DNA of 64,000 nucleotides from Armatimonadota bacterium (GCA_039811685.1 JBDHZC010000001.1:909404-973403), one strand, 5' to 3'. Counted from the first letter of the stretch, positions 30,436-40,186 are shown. Translations and numbers: made by a program. Notes: generated by a model from the letters alone, not told the origin.

Positions 30436-31362
30436 CTAGGAGAAACCTGCGGTACTCAGCAGCTCTTCAACCTGAGCGCGAGCAGGCATGGACGGCTGAG
30501 CGCCGAGTCGAGTGACGGAAATGGCTGCAGCGGCGCTGGCAAAGACAGCGGCTGTCTCAAGAGACTGTCCCTCGGCTATGGCCACAGCAAGTGCGCCGTT
30601 GAAAGCATCACCAGCGGCTGTCGTATCCACTGGATCAACCCGAAAAGCAGGGATTTCCAGGAGTGTCTGCTTGTCCACTATCAGGCAACCCTGAGCGCCA
30701 AGAGTGACTACAGCGCGCGTGCATCCTAGACTCTGAAGCCCTTCTGACAGACGTGACGGCGACATCTCTTTCTCGGCGGGCAGTCCGCACAGAGTTGCGA
30801 CTTCTGTGCGATTGGGTGTGATGAGACCGACGCTAGAGAGGAGTTCAGCGGGAAGCGCACGGGCGGGCGCTGGATTGAGAATAACCTGCGTTCCAGTTTC
30901 AGATGCCAGTTCAACAGTTGCAGCCACGGTCTCAAGGGAAATCTCAAGCTGTAGAAGAACCAGGTCAGCTTGTTCGAAGGCAGCGCGTGCTCTGAGCACG
31001 TGCTGAGGCACTAGATGACTGTTCGCACCCGGCGCGACAGCGATCGCGTTTTCACCGGATTCCTCTACGCAGATCAGGGCGACTCCCGAAGGGGCGCTAC
31101 CGTCCCGCACAAGGTATCTGGTGTCAATACTCTCCTTGCGGAAGGCGTCCTCTGCCGCATCGCCAAAAGGGTCGTGCCCGAGGCAGGCGACAAACGTTAC
31201 TGACGCGCCGAGACGAGCTGCCGCTACTGCCTGATTGGCGCCTTTTCCTCCGGCGACCATGGCCAGGTCACCCCCGATGACCGTCTCGCCCGGACGCGGA
31301 ATATGCGGGCATGTGACAACCATGTCGGTATTAGAACTCCCGACAACGACAATCCCGGCCAC
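30436..31362 (-). CDS. rbsK: Ribokinase
   Basis: GSSNTD, GGKGANQAVAAARLG, NPAPA and DTTAAGDAFNG. Confidence 0.93.
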   Translation of the reverse strand: MAGIVVVGSSNTDMVVTCPHIPRPGETVIGGDLAMVAGGKGANQAVAAARLGASVTFVACLGHDPFGDAAEDAFRKESIDTRYLVRDGSAPSGVALICVEESGENAIAVAPGANSHLVPQHVLRARAAFEQADLVLLQLEISLETVAATVELASETGTQVILNPAPARALPAELLSSVGLITPNRTEVATLCGLPAEKEMSPSRLSEGLQSLGCTRAVVTLGAQGCLIVDKQTLLEIPAFRVDPVDTTAAGDAFNGALAVAIAEGQSLETAAVFASAAAAISVTRLGAQPSMPARAQVEELLSTAGFS

Positions 31363-31374
31363 GTCAGCAGACGC

Positions 31375-31857
31375 TCATTTCTTGTTGCGATACTTGATCT
31401 TGACCAGCTCAGAGGTTACCTGGTTAAGATACATTTTCTGCGGGTCCTTGTCGGTTGACCACAACGAGACATTCAAAGACGCATCCTGCGCGCCGCCGAC
31501 GGATGGCGACTGTTGGGCTGCGTAGTTGCCCTTTTCTGTGCGCACCGTGACTTTTACACCTGCAATGTCCTTCTGCACGTTTACGATACCACGCCAGATG
31601 TCAACGCTGCGCTTTTCACCAGAGCTCTGCCCTTCCTGAATGTTGACCGTTCCCTGCGTCCACGCGGTAATAATCTTGCCGCTGTCCTTGTCGGCCGTGA
31701 CAGGGTCCTGACCGGTCAAATTCTTTGCGGCTGTCAATGCCGCCTGCCATACCTGATCGTAGTCAGCGCTGTAGGTACGGCTGACCGGACTCGACTTGCA
31801 CCCGGTGATCAGCAGCGTTCCCAGCGCCACGGAGATTAGCATTGCGACTGTTCTCAC
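31375..31857 (-). CDS. Putative lipoprotein
   Basis: AAGGGAGG SD before GTG 31857; lipobox LITG-C. Confidence 0.7.
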   Translation of the reverse strand: MRTVAMLISVALGTLLITGCKSSPVSRTYSADYDQVWQAALTAAKNLTGQDPVTADKDSGKIITAWTQGTVNIQEGQSSGEKRSVDIWRGIVNVQKDIAGVKVTVRTEKGNYAAQQSPSVGGAQDASLNVSLWSTDKDPQKMYLNQVTSELVKIKYRNKK

Positions 31858-31976
31858 GGTTCCTCCCTTACGATATCGAAAAAACTGTGCATCCTGATGC
31901 GAACCCACTTACTGTCTGAGATACCCAAATCCTGCCGCTCCCTGTGGCGCACCCTCAGGAGCGCATCGGCTCTTTG

Positions 31977-32789
31977 TCAGACGAGGGCAATAGACTCCTT
32001 CTGAAGTTCTGTCAGAATCTCCTGACGCAGATCTCTGAGAAATGCATCTTGCCTGGCAGAAGGTACCCGGCCAACCACTTTCAGAGTAACTTTAGTCGCA
32101 TCAAAGGAGGCGACACCCTGACAGGCGTATGGCTGTGACAGTCCAAATCGGCGCGAGACCTCAGCGGCGGCCTTATCCAGCGCTTCGCAGGCGGTCCGTA
32201 GATCAGTTTGCGCGGACACGCTCACTTCGAGCGGGACGATCAATTCGTTGCGCGAGTGGTTGCATACAGAGGTGATGTCACCGTTGGAAAAGATGAAGAG
32301 CTTGCCCTGGGAATCAAGCAGACGCGTCGTGCGAAGACCGACTTCACAGACTGTGCCGGTTGTGCCTGAGATCGTCACGATCTCGCCCACGGCGAACTGA
32401 TTCTCAAGCAGGATGAAGAATCCGTTGATAACGTCCCGCACCAGCTTCTGCGCGCCGAAGCCAATGGCCAGTCCCGCGACACCCGCCGCAGTAATGAGCG
32501 GAACAGGATCGACACCAATCGCCCGCAGCGCCATGATCGCCGACACCAGTGCCAGCACATAAAGCAGGGTGCTGCGCACAAGTTCACTCAGTGTTTTCAG
32601 CCGGCGGGTGCGGACTGGATCATCCTGCAACCCGGCAACTGGGCGAATGATTCTCGCTGATACATGGACGATCAGCCACCGCAGGAGCAGATACAACGCC
32701 AGGACGATGAGCAGATCGACGCCGTGCTCCATCAACCGGACTGTGACCTTTTTCCAGTAACCCTCAGGCAGCAGAACGGCCAAAATCAT
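31977..32789 (-). CDS. Small-conductance mechanosensitive channel (MscS family)
   Basis: AGVAGLAIGFGAQ.LV.D.I.GFFILLENQF.VG and G.V.EVGLRTT. Confidence 0.92.
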   Translation of the reverse strand: MILAVLLPEGYWKKVTVRLMEHGVDLLIVLALYLLLRWLIVHVSARIIRPVAGLQDDPVRTRRLKTLSELVRSTLLYVLALVSAIMALRAIGVDPVPLITAAGVAGLAIGFGAQKLVRDVINGFFILLENQFAVGEIVTISGTTGTVCEVGLRTTRLLDSQGKLFIFSNGDITSVCNHSRNELIVPLEVSVSAQTDLRTACEALDKAAAEVSRRFGLSQPYACQGVASFDATKVTLKVVGRVPSARQDAFLRDLRQEILTELQKESIALV

Positions 32790-33617
32790 CTACCAGGCTC
32801 CTTCCCGAGAAGCCTCATACTCCTTGCGCCGACTCTCCCAGTCAACCACACCGTCGGGGTAGCAGATGCGCGCAAAAATGCAGTCCAAACATGCCGGGCT
32901 GTAGTTGGGTTCGTACTCTTCCACCGCGATGATCTGGCGAGCAATCTCTTTGATCTCCTCTTCAAGGACGTCCATCTCCTCCGAAGAGAAAGTGGTGGAA
33001 GCAGAACATCCGCCAGCCAGGCCGACAATAGAAGCGACAACGGGACGATCCGGGTAGCGTTTACCCACCAGCAGGGCGTAGCACGCCATGGCCAGGCTTG
33101 CGTGCACATCCGCTTCACTGACTTCTGTCAGATTGCTTTTGTAATCAACAATCTCCAGCGTGCCGTCCTCACGCTCATCCAGCCTGTCCAGACGCCCGAT
33201 CAACGAGAAATCCGCGTAGCTGTGACTGAGCTGCTTTTCTGTAAACAGGGTCCTCGCGAGCGCTCCTTTGCCAGCGGATGCAACATGCGCGTCGTAATAC
33301 TTCTGGACAATGTGGCGTCCTCGCTCCAGATAAGCCTTTTCTTCTTCAGCGTCCTTGTAGCCGGTTGACGTCCACGACAAGCGCAACGTTTCTTCAAACT
33401 GCTCCCGGGTGATTGACTCTACCCCGCCCGCTTCGTGAAACATTTGGAGCGCCCTGTGCATCGACGCCCCGAAAGTGTCCCCTCGATTGGGCTTGTAGTA
33501 ATAGCGGCTCAGTCTGTCGATGTAAGTGAACTTGTATTGCAGGTGGCACGCAAGCCACGCTGAGATTTTCGTGGGTGAGAGTCTTAGTCTTCTGGGCGCT
33601 GCTCGCTTTGTTCCCAT
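32790..33617 (-). CDS. PD-(D/E)XK RecB/Cas4-like nuclease with four Cys (probable 4Fe-4S)
   Basis: LSPTKI..WLAC, G...H, GRLDRLD...IVDYKS and C-terminal CLDC.F..IC. Confidence 0.85.
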   Translation of the reverse strand: MGTKRAAPRRLRLSPTKISAWLACHLQYKFTYIDRLSRYYYKPNRGDTFGASMHRALQMFHEAGGVESITREQFEETLRLSWTSTGYKDAEEEKAYLERGRHIVQKYYDAHVASAGKGALARTLFTEKQLSHSYADFSLIGRLDRLDEREDGTLEIVDYKSNLTEVSEADVHASLAMACYALLVGKRYPDRPVVASIVGLAGGCSASTTFSSEEMDVLEEEIKEIARQIIAVEEYEPNYSPACLDCIFARICYPDGVVDWESRRKEYEASREGAW

Positions 33618-33850
33618 CGCATGTGTATTATAGCTATGACTTTTGGAAGCATCCGAGCGCTCGGAACAAACGGTCTTACCGGATGGCGACCGGAGCGCCT
33701 AATCGAAAACGCAGTACTTCCATACCAGTACTTTTTTACTGTGGAATCTGGAACGCATGGGCCTTTGGAAGCACGCTACGCACCAAGTAGTATGTTGCTG
33801 GACGCAGACGGGCGTTTCACGGGCGCGGCGCAGACTTGGAGAGGTGACTA

Positions 33851-36142
33851 ATGGCGCAACGTAGACTCTGGATGATTCTGGGACTGGTGCTCCTGGTATC
33901 GTTCGGTATCCTTGGTGGACTTGGATTCCGCATCAATTCCTTGAAGCCGCCTATTCCGGCGGCCGTTCAGACCGCTGACGGCCACATCATCATGACGCAC
34001 GATGACATCACGAACGGCCAGAATGTCTGGCAGTCTATCGGTGGTCAGGAACTCGGATCTATCTGGGGACATGGGGCATACCTTGCGCCAGACTGGACCG
34101 CGGATTGGCTGCACCGCGAATTGACGGCGCTGCTGGACATCTGGGCGCGTCAGGAAGGCGCGCGGGATTTCAGAGCGCTGAGCGTGGAGAATCAGGCGGC
34201 GCTGAAGGCAAGGCTCAAAGAAGAGATTCGCACTAACAGCTTCGACTCTGCCACAGGCATCGTGACTATCAGCGCCGACCGCGCCGAGGCTATCAAACAA
34301 ACCGCGCGCCACTACGACGAGATTTTCACGAAGGGCGAGGTCGCTTTTGCGCTGCAGCCCGACGCGGTGAAAGATAAGGAGCAGCTCCGTGAGATGACCT
34401 CCTTCTTCTTCTGGACATCGTGGGCTGCTTCGACAAACCGTCCAGATGCGGGCGAGCGCAACATCACCTACACTCAGAACTGGCCACACGAACCGCTGAT
34501 TGACAACCAGTTGACGCCAGATGCGGTCATCTGGAGCGTAATCAGCTTTGTTCTGCTTCTGGCCGGTATCGGCTCCATGGTCTGGTATTTTGGCTCGCAG
34601 GAGCGCACGCATCAGGACGAAGGTATTCCGGACAAAGACCCGCTTCTGGGATACACGCCCACCCCATCACAGAAGGCAACTCTGAAGTACTTCTTTGTAG
34701 TGGGCGCGCTGTTTGTTCTGCAGATGCTGATGGGAGTCGTAGCAGGGCATTACGGGGTCGAAGGCGGTGGATTTTACGGCTTTGATATTCAGCGGTGGCT
34801 CCCCTACAGCGTCGCGCGGACGTGGCACCTTCAACTGGGAATTTTCTGGATTGCCACAGCCTGGCTGGCGACCGGTCTTTATCTTGCGCCGGCTGTGGGC
34901 GGCGGGGAACCCAAATTCCAGAAAGCGGGCGTCAACTTTCTGTTCGTCGCACTGCTGATTATTGTGCTGGGATCGCTATTCGGGGAGTGGGCCAGCATCA
35001 AGAGAATGCTGGGCGGCGATCTCTGGTTCTGGTTTGGGCATCAGGGCTACGAGTACGTGGATCTTGGGCGTTTCTGGCAACTGTTCCTGTTGATCGGGTT
35101 GTTCCTCTGGCTGTTCCTGATGGTGAGGGCGCTATGGCCAGCGTTTCATAGGCCGAGTGAACAGAAATCTCTGCTCGGGCTCTTTATTCTGGCGAGCGCA
35201 TCCATCGGACTCTTCTACTGCGCCGGGCTCGGCATCTGGCAGCAAACGCACCTCGCAATGGCCGAATACTGGCGCTGGTGGGTGGTGCACCTCTGGGTGG
35301 AAGGCTTCTTCGAAGTCTTTGCGACGGTAGCCATCGCGTTTCTCTTCAGTCGCCTGAGACTCATCAAGCCCGAGACTGCCACTAACGCAGTTCTGTTTGC
35401 AACGATAATCTTTCTGTCTGGAGGAATTGTCGGCACGGCTCACCACCTGTATTTTGCCGGGACACCTTCGGTGGTTATGGCGTTTGGAGCAGTGTTCAGC
35501 GCGCTGGAAGTGGTCCCCTTGGTGCTGATCGGATTCGAGGCATGGGAAAACGTGCGCATGTCGCGGGTACGATCCTGGGCTAGCGCTTACAGATGGGCTA
35601 TCTACTTCTTTATCGCGGTGGCCTTCTGGAACCTGGTTGGCGCTGGGCTGTTCGGGTTCTTTATCAATCCACCCGTCGCGCTCTACTACATGCAGGGACT
35701 GAACACGACACCGGTCCACGGGCATACCGCGCTTTTTGGAGTCTACGGAATGCTTGGAGTCGGGCTGATGCTGTTTTGTGTGCGCAGCCTGATGCCCGGG
35801 CGGGAGTGGAAGGAAGGCCCGCTGAGATTCGCCTTCTGGTCGCTTAACATCGGTCTTATGTTGATGGTCCTCCTGAGTCTGCTACCTGTCGGGCTTATTC
35901 AGACATGGGCGTCCGTGGCAACCGGCCTGTGGTACGCCAGAAGCCCGGAGTTCCTGCAGAGTGGATGGCTTCCCCTGCTGCGCTGGATGAGGATTCCTGG
36001 CGATACTATCTTCTTCATCGGCGCCCTGGCTATTGGATGGTTCATGGTGGGGCTGCTGACAGGACACAGCTTCGAAAAGGGACGCGAAGTGGAAGCTGGC
36101 AGCGTCGAGACGCAGCCGACGCCATCTCCGGCAGGCAAATAG
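33851..36142 (+). CDS. norB: Quinol-dependent nitric oxide reductase (qNor, single subunit)
   Basis: GSIWGHGAYLAPDWTADWLHRE, YTQNWP.EP, RTWHLQ, WWVVHLWVEGFFE, GTAHHLY and HGHTALFGVYG; GAGGTG SD. Confidence 0.96.
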   Translation: MAQRRLWMILGLVLLVSFGILGGLGFRINSLKPPIPAAVQTADGHIIMTHDDITNGQNVWQSIGGQELGSIWGHGAYLAPDWTADWLHRELTALLDIWARQEGARDFRALSVENQAALKARLKEEIRTNSFDSATGIVTISADRAEAIKQTARHYDEIFTKGEVAFALQPDAVKDKEQLREMTSFFFWTSWAASTNRPDAGERNITYTQNWPHEPLIDNQLTPDAVIWSVISFVLLLAGIGSMVWYFGSQERTHQDEGIPDKDPLLGYTPTPSQKATLKYFFVVGALFVLQMLMGVVAGHYGVEGGGFYGFDIQRWLPYSVARTWHLQLGIFWIATAWLATGLYLAPAVGGGEPKFQKAGVNFLFVALLIIVLGSLFGEWASIKRMLGGDLWFWFGHQGYEYVDLGRFWQLFLLIGLFLWLFLMVRALWPAFHRPSEQKSLLGLFILASASIGLFYCAGLGIWQQTHLAMAEYWRWWVVHLWVEGFFEVFATVAIAFLFSRLRLIKPETATNAVLFATIIFLSGGIVGTAHHLYFAGTPSVVMAFGAVFSALEVVPLVLIGFEAWENVRMSRVRSWASAYRWAIYFFIAVAFWNLVGAGLFGFFINPPVALYYMQGLNTTPVHGHTALFGVYGMLGVGLMLFCVRSLMPGREWKEGPLRFAFWSLNIGLMLMVLLSLLPVGLIQTWASVATGLWYARSPEFLQSGWLPLLRWMRIPGDTIFFIGALAIGWFMVGLLTGHSFEKGREVEAGSVETQPTPSPAGK

Positions 36143-36157
36143 CTCGTCGTCGCGCAT

Positions 36158-36186
36158 ACGGGGAGGCCAGCAACGAGCCTCCCCGT
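36158..36186. terminator. Hairpin between convergent qNor and AMMECR1 genes (possible bidirectional terminator)
   Basis: Perfect 10-bp stem ACGGGGAGGC/GCCTCCCCGT with a 9-nt loop; no U-tract. Confidence 0.45.
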
Positions 36187-36211
36187 CGCTTGCCTGGGGA
36201 ACACCAGAGGC

Positions 36212-36850
36212 CTACCGGGAGCTCTTCCTGGGCTCCTCCGCCCAGGTTACCGCCCGGAAAATGCAAAACTCAACTTTGGCGTCGGCGGACAGGCCGGCCT
36301 CGCGCTTTGCCTGCGCCATCTGCCAGCGACCGGTCCTGGCTTCTCCCGGGAGCAGAACTGCAGAGCGGCCCTTCGCCCGCACAAGCAGCCCGTAATTGGC
36401 AGGCGGGTACGCGGAAGGGTCGGAGACTCTTTTGTAAGGGCCTGGAATGGTGACAAACACTCGCGCCTGTTTGAGCTGGACTGGCGACAGGGGCTTACTG
36501 CGCGGGTCAAGACGCCACGCGCGCACTGCAGTCTGAACAATGTTGTCAGCAAGCGAGCGCCCGTGAGCGTCAAAGCTTCCCGTGCATCCATGCCGCCGAT
36601 CCTGATAAGACAGCGTCACAAAGCACGGAGCGCTTTGCCTGAGAAGCCCTCTGGGCGCGAAAGGAAGTGGAAACAGCGGCTTGCTGTGGGCAGCGCGTTC
36701 GATCGCCCAACGCGCAAGCCGGCAGGCATCGCCCCGCTCGGCCTGAGTTGCCCTGGCCGCGTCATAAACTCCAAAGGCATAGACTGATGCGCCGGTGAGC
36801 GCACACAGGACGACGGCGCTCAGAGTTATCTGACTCTTCTTCAAGGCCAT
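36212..36850 (-). CDS. AMMECR1-domain protein with N-terminal signal/anchor
   Basis: CFVTL....R.HGC.G, A...DPR..PL...L and GLLV......VLLP. Start set at ATG 36850, which overlaps the upstream stop. Confidence 0.75.
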   Translation of the reverse strand: MALKKSQITLSAVVLCALTGASVYAFGVYDAARATQAERGDACRLARWAIERAAHSKPLFPLPFAPRGLLRQSAPCFVTLSYQDRRHGCTGSFDAHGRSLADNIVQTAVRAWRLDPRSKPLSPVQLKQARVFVTIPGPYKRVSDPSAYPPANYGLLVRAKGRSAVLLPGEARTGRWQMAQAKREAGLSADAKVEFCIFRAVTWAEEPRKSSR

Positions 36851-37962
36851 CTTCGCAGTTCGGCTGCGCTGTAGTAGTGTTTCAGAATTTCCCGCCAGCT
36901 CTTTCCCTCTTTCGCCATTCCGCGCGCTCCCCATTGGCACATTCCGACACCGTGTCCGAGACCGTGTCCAGACACCAGCCAGCTGCCTCTCTGCGATTTG
37001 ATGGAAAGGAGACAGGATTTGATACGCGCCCATCCGAAGGTTCGTCCGCATCGCATAAGAAACTCTCCCCCGTCAATGGACTGACTGTGCCCCTTGAGCC
37101 CAACGCGCGTGACCCTGCCGCCCGAATCTCGCCTCAGGACAACGAACTCGCCAGAGGCCTCACGAAAGACAGCGGCGACATCTCGCCTGGTCAAGACGGT
37201 TTTCCACGAAAAATGAGGAGACTCACGACAGTAGGCAGCACCCGCCGGGCCGTCACGCACGGCCCGGCACCACTCTTCCATTCCAATGGCCCCTCCGTCA
37301 GCCGTCCATCCGCCGCATGTACTGCAGAAGGGCGCTCTCACAGGGCGCGCTCCCCTTGCCAGCGCCCAACCGGTTGTCCGACGGACGGCGGCAACGGCAA
37401 CGGGAGAAACTGGAATCGCTGAGAAGAGCTGACAGTGCGTCAAGCTGCAGACATCGTACCCATCTGCGGCGTGACGGTGGAAGGAGGCCAGCCCTGTGCT
37501 CCTCGCAACCACAGCCTGAGCGGCTAACGCTTCAGGCGGCCAGTCCAAGGGCATCTCCCGCGCCAAAACTCTGGCGGTGTACTCTTCCAGCGGAACATCG
37601 GCTACGCACTGCACACCTGCGGATGAAGGTCTAAAGCGCAATTTGCAGTTGAGGACGGCGAGGGGCGAGGTCTGAGTTCTCAGCGTCACCGGGCCGCGTG
37701 GCCGGATCTGTACAGACATCGCCTGTTTGCCATTGCCGGCAATGGTGAGAGACCCTTGCGAGGCTATTATTGACAGAGTTCTCGCAGTCCAGGCGCGGCC
37801 GGAAGATTCCACAGTCATAGCGCCGGTGACTGTGACACGCCTTGGGAGTCGCTGCTGGGGCCAGAGTCCCACTCGCACGACGCGATCGGCTCTGCATACG
37901 CCGCTAGCCGCAATGAGCAGACACACAACAAAGAGCCTAGTTGCCAGGCTTCTGCGCTGCAT
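36841..37962 (-). CDS. SpoIID/LytB-domain lytic transglycosylase-like protein
   Basis: VPLEEY...V...EMP..WP.EAL.AQAVVARS, YDVC..THCQ and GHGVGMCQWGA..MA..G....IL.HYY. Confidence 0.9.
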   Translation of the reverse strand: MQRRSLATRLFVVCLLIAASGVCRADRVVRVGLWPQQRLPRRVTVTGAMTVESSGRAWTARTLSIIASQGSLTIAGNGKQAMSVQIRPRGPVTLRTQTSPLAVLNCKLRFRPSSAGVQCVADVPLEEYTARVLAREMPLDWPPEALAAQAVVARSTGLASFHRHAADGYDVCSLTHCQLFSAIPVSPVAVAAVRRTTGWALARGARPVRAPFCSTCGGWTADGGAIGMEEWCRAVRDGPAGAAYCRESPHFSWKTVLTRRDVAAVFREASGEFVVLRRDSGGRVTRVGLKGHSQSIDGGEFLMRCGRTFGWARIKSCLLSIKSQRGSWLVSGHGLGHGVGMCQWGARGMAKEGKSWREILKHYYSAAELRRWP

Positions 37963-38827
37963 AGCTTTTCAACAGTTTCACAGTGACTGGAACGGCTGTA
38001 CGGTAGGCGTTCCCATCGAGACAGAAAACGGCGAAGGCGATCTGCGGGTTGTGTGCCGGCGCAAAACCAACAAACCAGCCGTGCCGCCGCTGCGAATCCT
38101 GAGGCTGAGACGGGCTTCCGGTCTTACCGGCACAGCTCACTCCAGCGCCTTTCAGCGCCGAAGCCGTACCGGAAGTTGTGACTTTTCGCATAGCGCGGCA
38201 CAGCACGGAGCACGGATTGTTTGAGCCGGTATCCTGGAGGGCAATATTGCGCATCAGAAGAGCCATCTGCGCTGGCGTGACAGTGAACCCGGACTCCCCA
38301 ACGGCGGCGCGGAACACAGGCTTGAGTGATTTCTCTGGTATGGCAAGGCCAAAAGCCGCCCAGGCCTTCTGAAGGTCGGCGCAGGTCAGACGCTCGGATG
38401 CCTGATAGAACCAGATATTACAGCTCGAGGCGATCGCGTCTTCAAGCCTCAGGGCGCCGTGTCCTCCCGGCTTGGTGCAGTGGTAGGTGCGCCCACCAAT
38501 CCGAATCGCATTCCGGCACACAAAACGCGTAGCCGGGTTGATGACTCCTTTGTGAAGGGCAGCGTAGGCGGTGATAAGTTTGGCGGTGGAGCCGGGCGCG
38601 TAAGCTGTGCGAACGCCGTCTGTCCTTGCGTCTGCGAGGATGCGGCCCGTACGAACGTCAACGATGCATATTTCGCCAGTTCTGGATCCGAGCGCGCGCA
38701 AACAGGCGTCTGTCAGATCGGCCGCGGCGGTCTTTGAGGGCAGCAGAGCAAACAGCACAGTAGAGGCGACACTCAGTGACAGCCGGAAGTAGCAAAAAAG
38801 CGCTTTGTGGGCTCTACCCGCTTCCAT
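37937..38827 (-). CDS. Stand-alone penicillin-binding transpeptidase-domain protein
   Basis: SxxK (PGSTAK), SxN (SSCN), KTG (GKTGS) and HGWFVGFAP; lacks the class B dimerization domain. Start is uncertain. Confidence 0.85.
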   Translation of the reverse strand: MEAGRAHKALFCYFRLSLSVASTVLFALLPSKTAAADLTDACLRALGSRTGEICIVDVRTGRILADARTDGVRTAYAPGSTAKLITAYAALHKGVINPATRFVCRNAIRIGGRTYHCTKPGGHGALRLEDAIASSCNIWFYQASERLTCADLQKAWAAFGLAIPEKSLKPVFRAAVGESGFTVTPAQMALLMRNIALQDTGSNNPCSVLCRAMRKVTTSGTASALKGAGVSCAGKTGSPSQPQDSQRRHGWFVGFAPAHNPQIAFAVFCLDGNAYRTAVPVTVKLLKSYAAQKPGN

Positions 38828-38959
38828 AGCCCAAGTGTAGCCGAATGCAGAAGAGCCTGGCCTGCCAACCAGTGAGTTGCAGAAGAGTGGACGCCAGCAG
38901 AGCGTTACTGAAACTTTGCCACCGTCAGGCAAAGCGGGCGGACGGCTGGTGACGAAGCG

Positions 38960-39664
38960 TCAGATTCTCTCCAGCGATACCATTCGATTGCGAGCCGCAA
39001 AAACGACAATCTGGACACGGTCTTCCAATCCCAGCTTCTCGAGAATGTGGCTTACATGGTTCTTGACTGTTTGCTCAGCGATGCCCAGTGAAACCGCGAT
39101 TTCCTTGTTGGACTGCCCGAGAGCCAACGCTCGAATAACATCCCGCTCGCGTTCTGTCAGATGCGGGGTGGCGTCATTGGGACTTTGCCGACCAAACAGA
39201 CGCGTCAGGAGCAAAGAGAGAGACGGCTCTTCCACCGTCACCTGCCCGGCGTGAACAGCTCGAATGACTCGCAGCAGTTCGTCGCGTGTGCCAGTCTTGC
39301 GCACAGCGCCCCTTGCGCCCACCATGAACGCTTGCTGCAGACAGCATAGACGCGGCTGATCCAGCGCGCTGGCGGGCTTGTCGTCGCGGAACAACACGCA
39401 GACTTCAGATCCGTGGTCTGTGAGCGCGACAATTTGGGACTGCGGGTGCTCGGCGCGGTATTGTGTTGTCTGGTGCAGCAGTTCTCGAGTAGGCTCGGTA
39501 AAATCCACGAGGATGACGTTTGGAGCTCCCTGCGAAAGATCTGCGGCGGTAAGTGAGTCCACGCTCCAAACCACACTCAAATCCTCTTCCGCAGACAGAA
39601 GCTGCTCAAGCGCGGACCGGAGAAGCGTGTGACGGTCGCATAGCCCTATAGTGATTGTGCCCAT
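38960..39664 (-). CDS. NarL/LuxR-family response regulator (orphan) with Cys-rich insertion
   Basis: Receiver domain (NVILVD, ALT, GARGAVRK) plus LuxR HTH LTERERDV...G.SNKEIA..L.I.EQTVKNHVS.IL.KL. Start could be 39664, 39694 or 39709. Confidence 0.9.
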   Translation of the reverse strand: MGTITIGLCDRHTLLRSALEQLLSAEEDLSVVWSVDSLTAADLSQGAPNVILVDFTEPTRELLHQTTQYRAEHPQSQIVALTDHGSEVCVLFRDDKPASALDQPRLCCLQQAFMVGARGAVRKTGTRDELLRVIRAVHAGQVTVEEPSLSLLLTRLFGRQSPNDATPHLTERERDVIRALALGQSNKEIAVSLGIAEQTVKNHVSHILEKLGLEDRVQIVVFAARNRMVSLERI

Positions 39665-40186
39665 CGATGTCTCTCTAGGTGCGGCGGTCAACATTGAGTC
39701 TTGTTCCACAGAATGTACTTAAGTCCTTCGTCTGCACAGGCCCTTCATCCTGCAGGACATGGCCTATTAGTTTTATACCTTATCTGTTACTTATTGCCCC
39801 GTACCCCCACCAGAAGGCACACGCGCGCGTAGGCGCAAACCGAGTGACTTCGGCGCAGCCGTCACACGCCTGCCAGAGAATAGACGAAGCGTGCTGCGGC
39901 CAGGTTCGCACGCATAGCCTGTTCTTCTTGCCAGGCGTCCGTGAGCGTCATTCATACCTTCTAACGAAAATGTGCCGCGCCTGACTCCCGGCAACGTTCG
40001 CAACAGAGAACCTGTGTCCGGCACGAGGCAGATGCAGGACTTGGCGAGACAATCAGAAACGCTGCGAACCTTCGAAGGAGCTGCTGCAGGCGAATCGCTT
40101 TCTGTTGGCAGGAATCCGGGTAAGTCAGGGGCAATAGATTATGATGGCGCTTGCGACTGGCGCACAATTTGGCGACGAGGTGAACG

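Noticed and set aside
32790..33850. CRISPR-Cas locus around the Cas4-like nuclease
   Set aside because: No repeat-spacer array and no other cas genes seen.
39825..39900. c-di-GMP-I-like riboswitch (GCAAACC...CGCA.GCC)
   Set aside because: Only loose similarity; it lacks a clean GNRA loop and receptor and lies about 300 bp from rhaA. It would need an Infernal hit.
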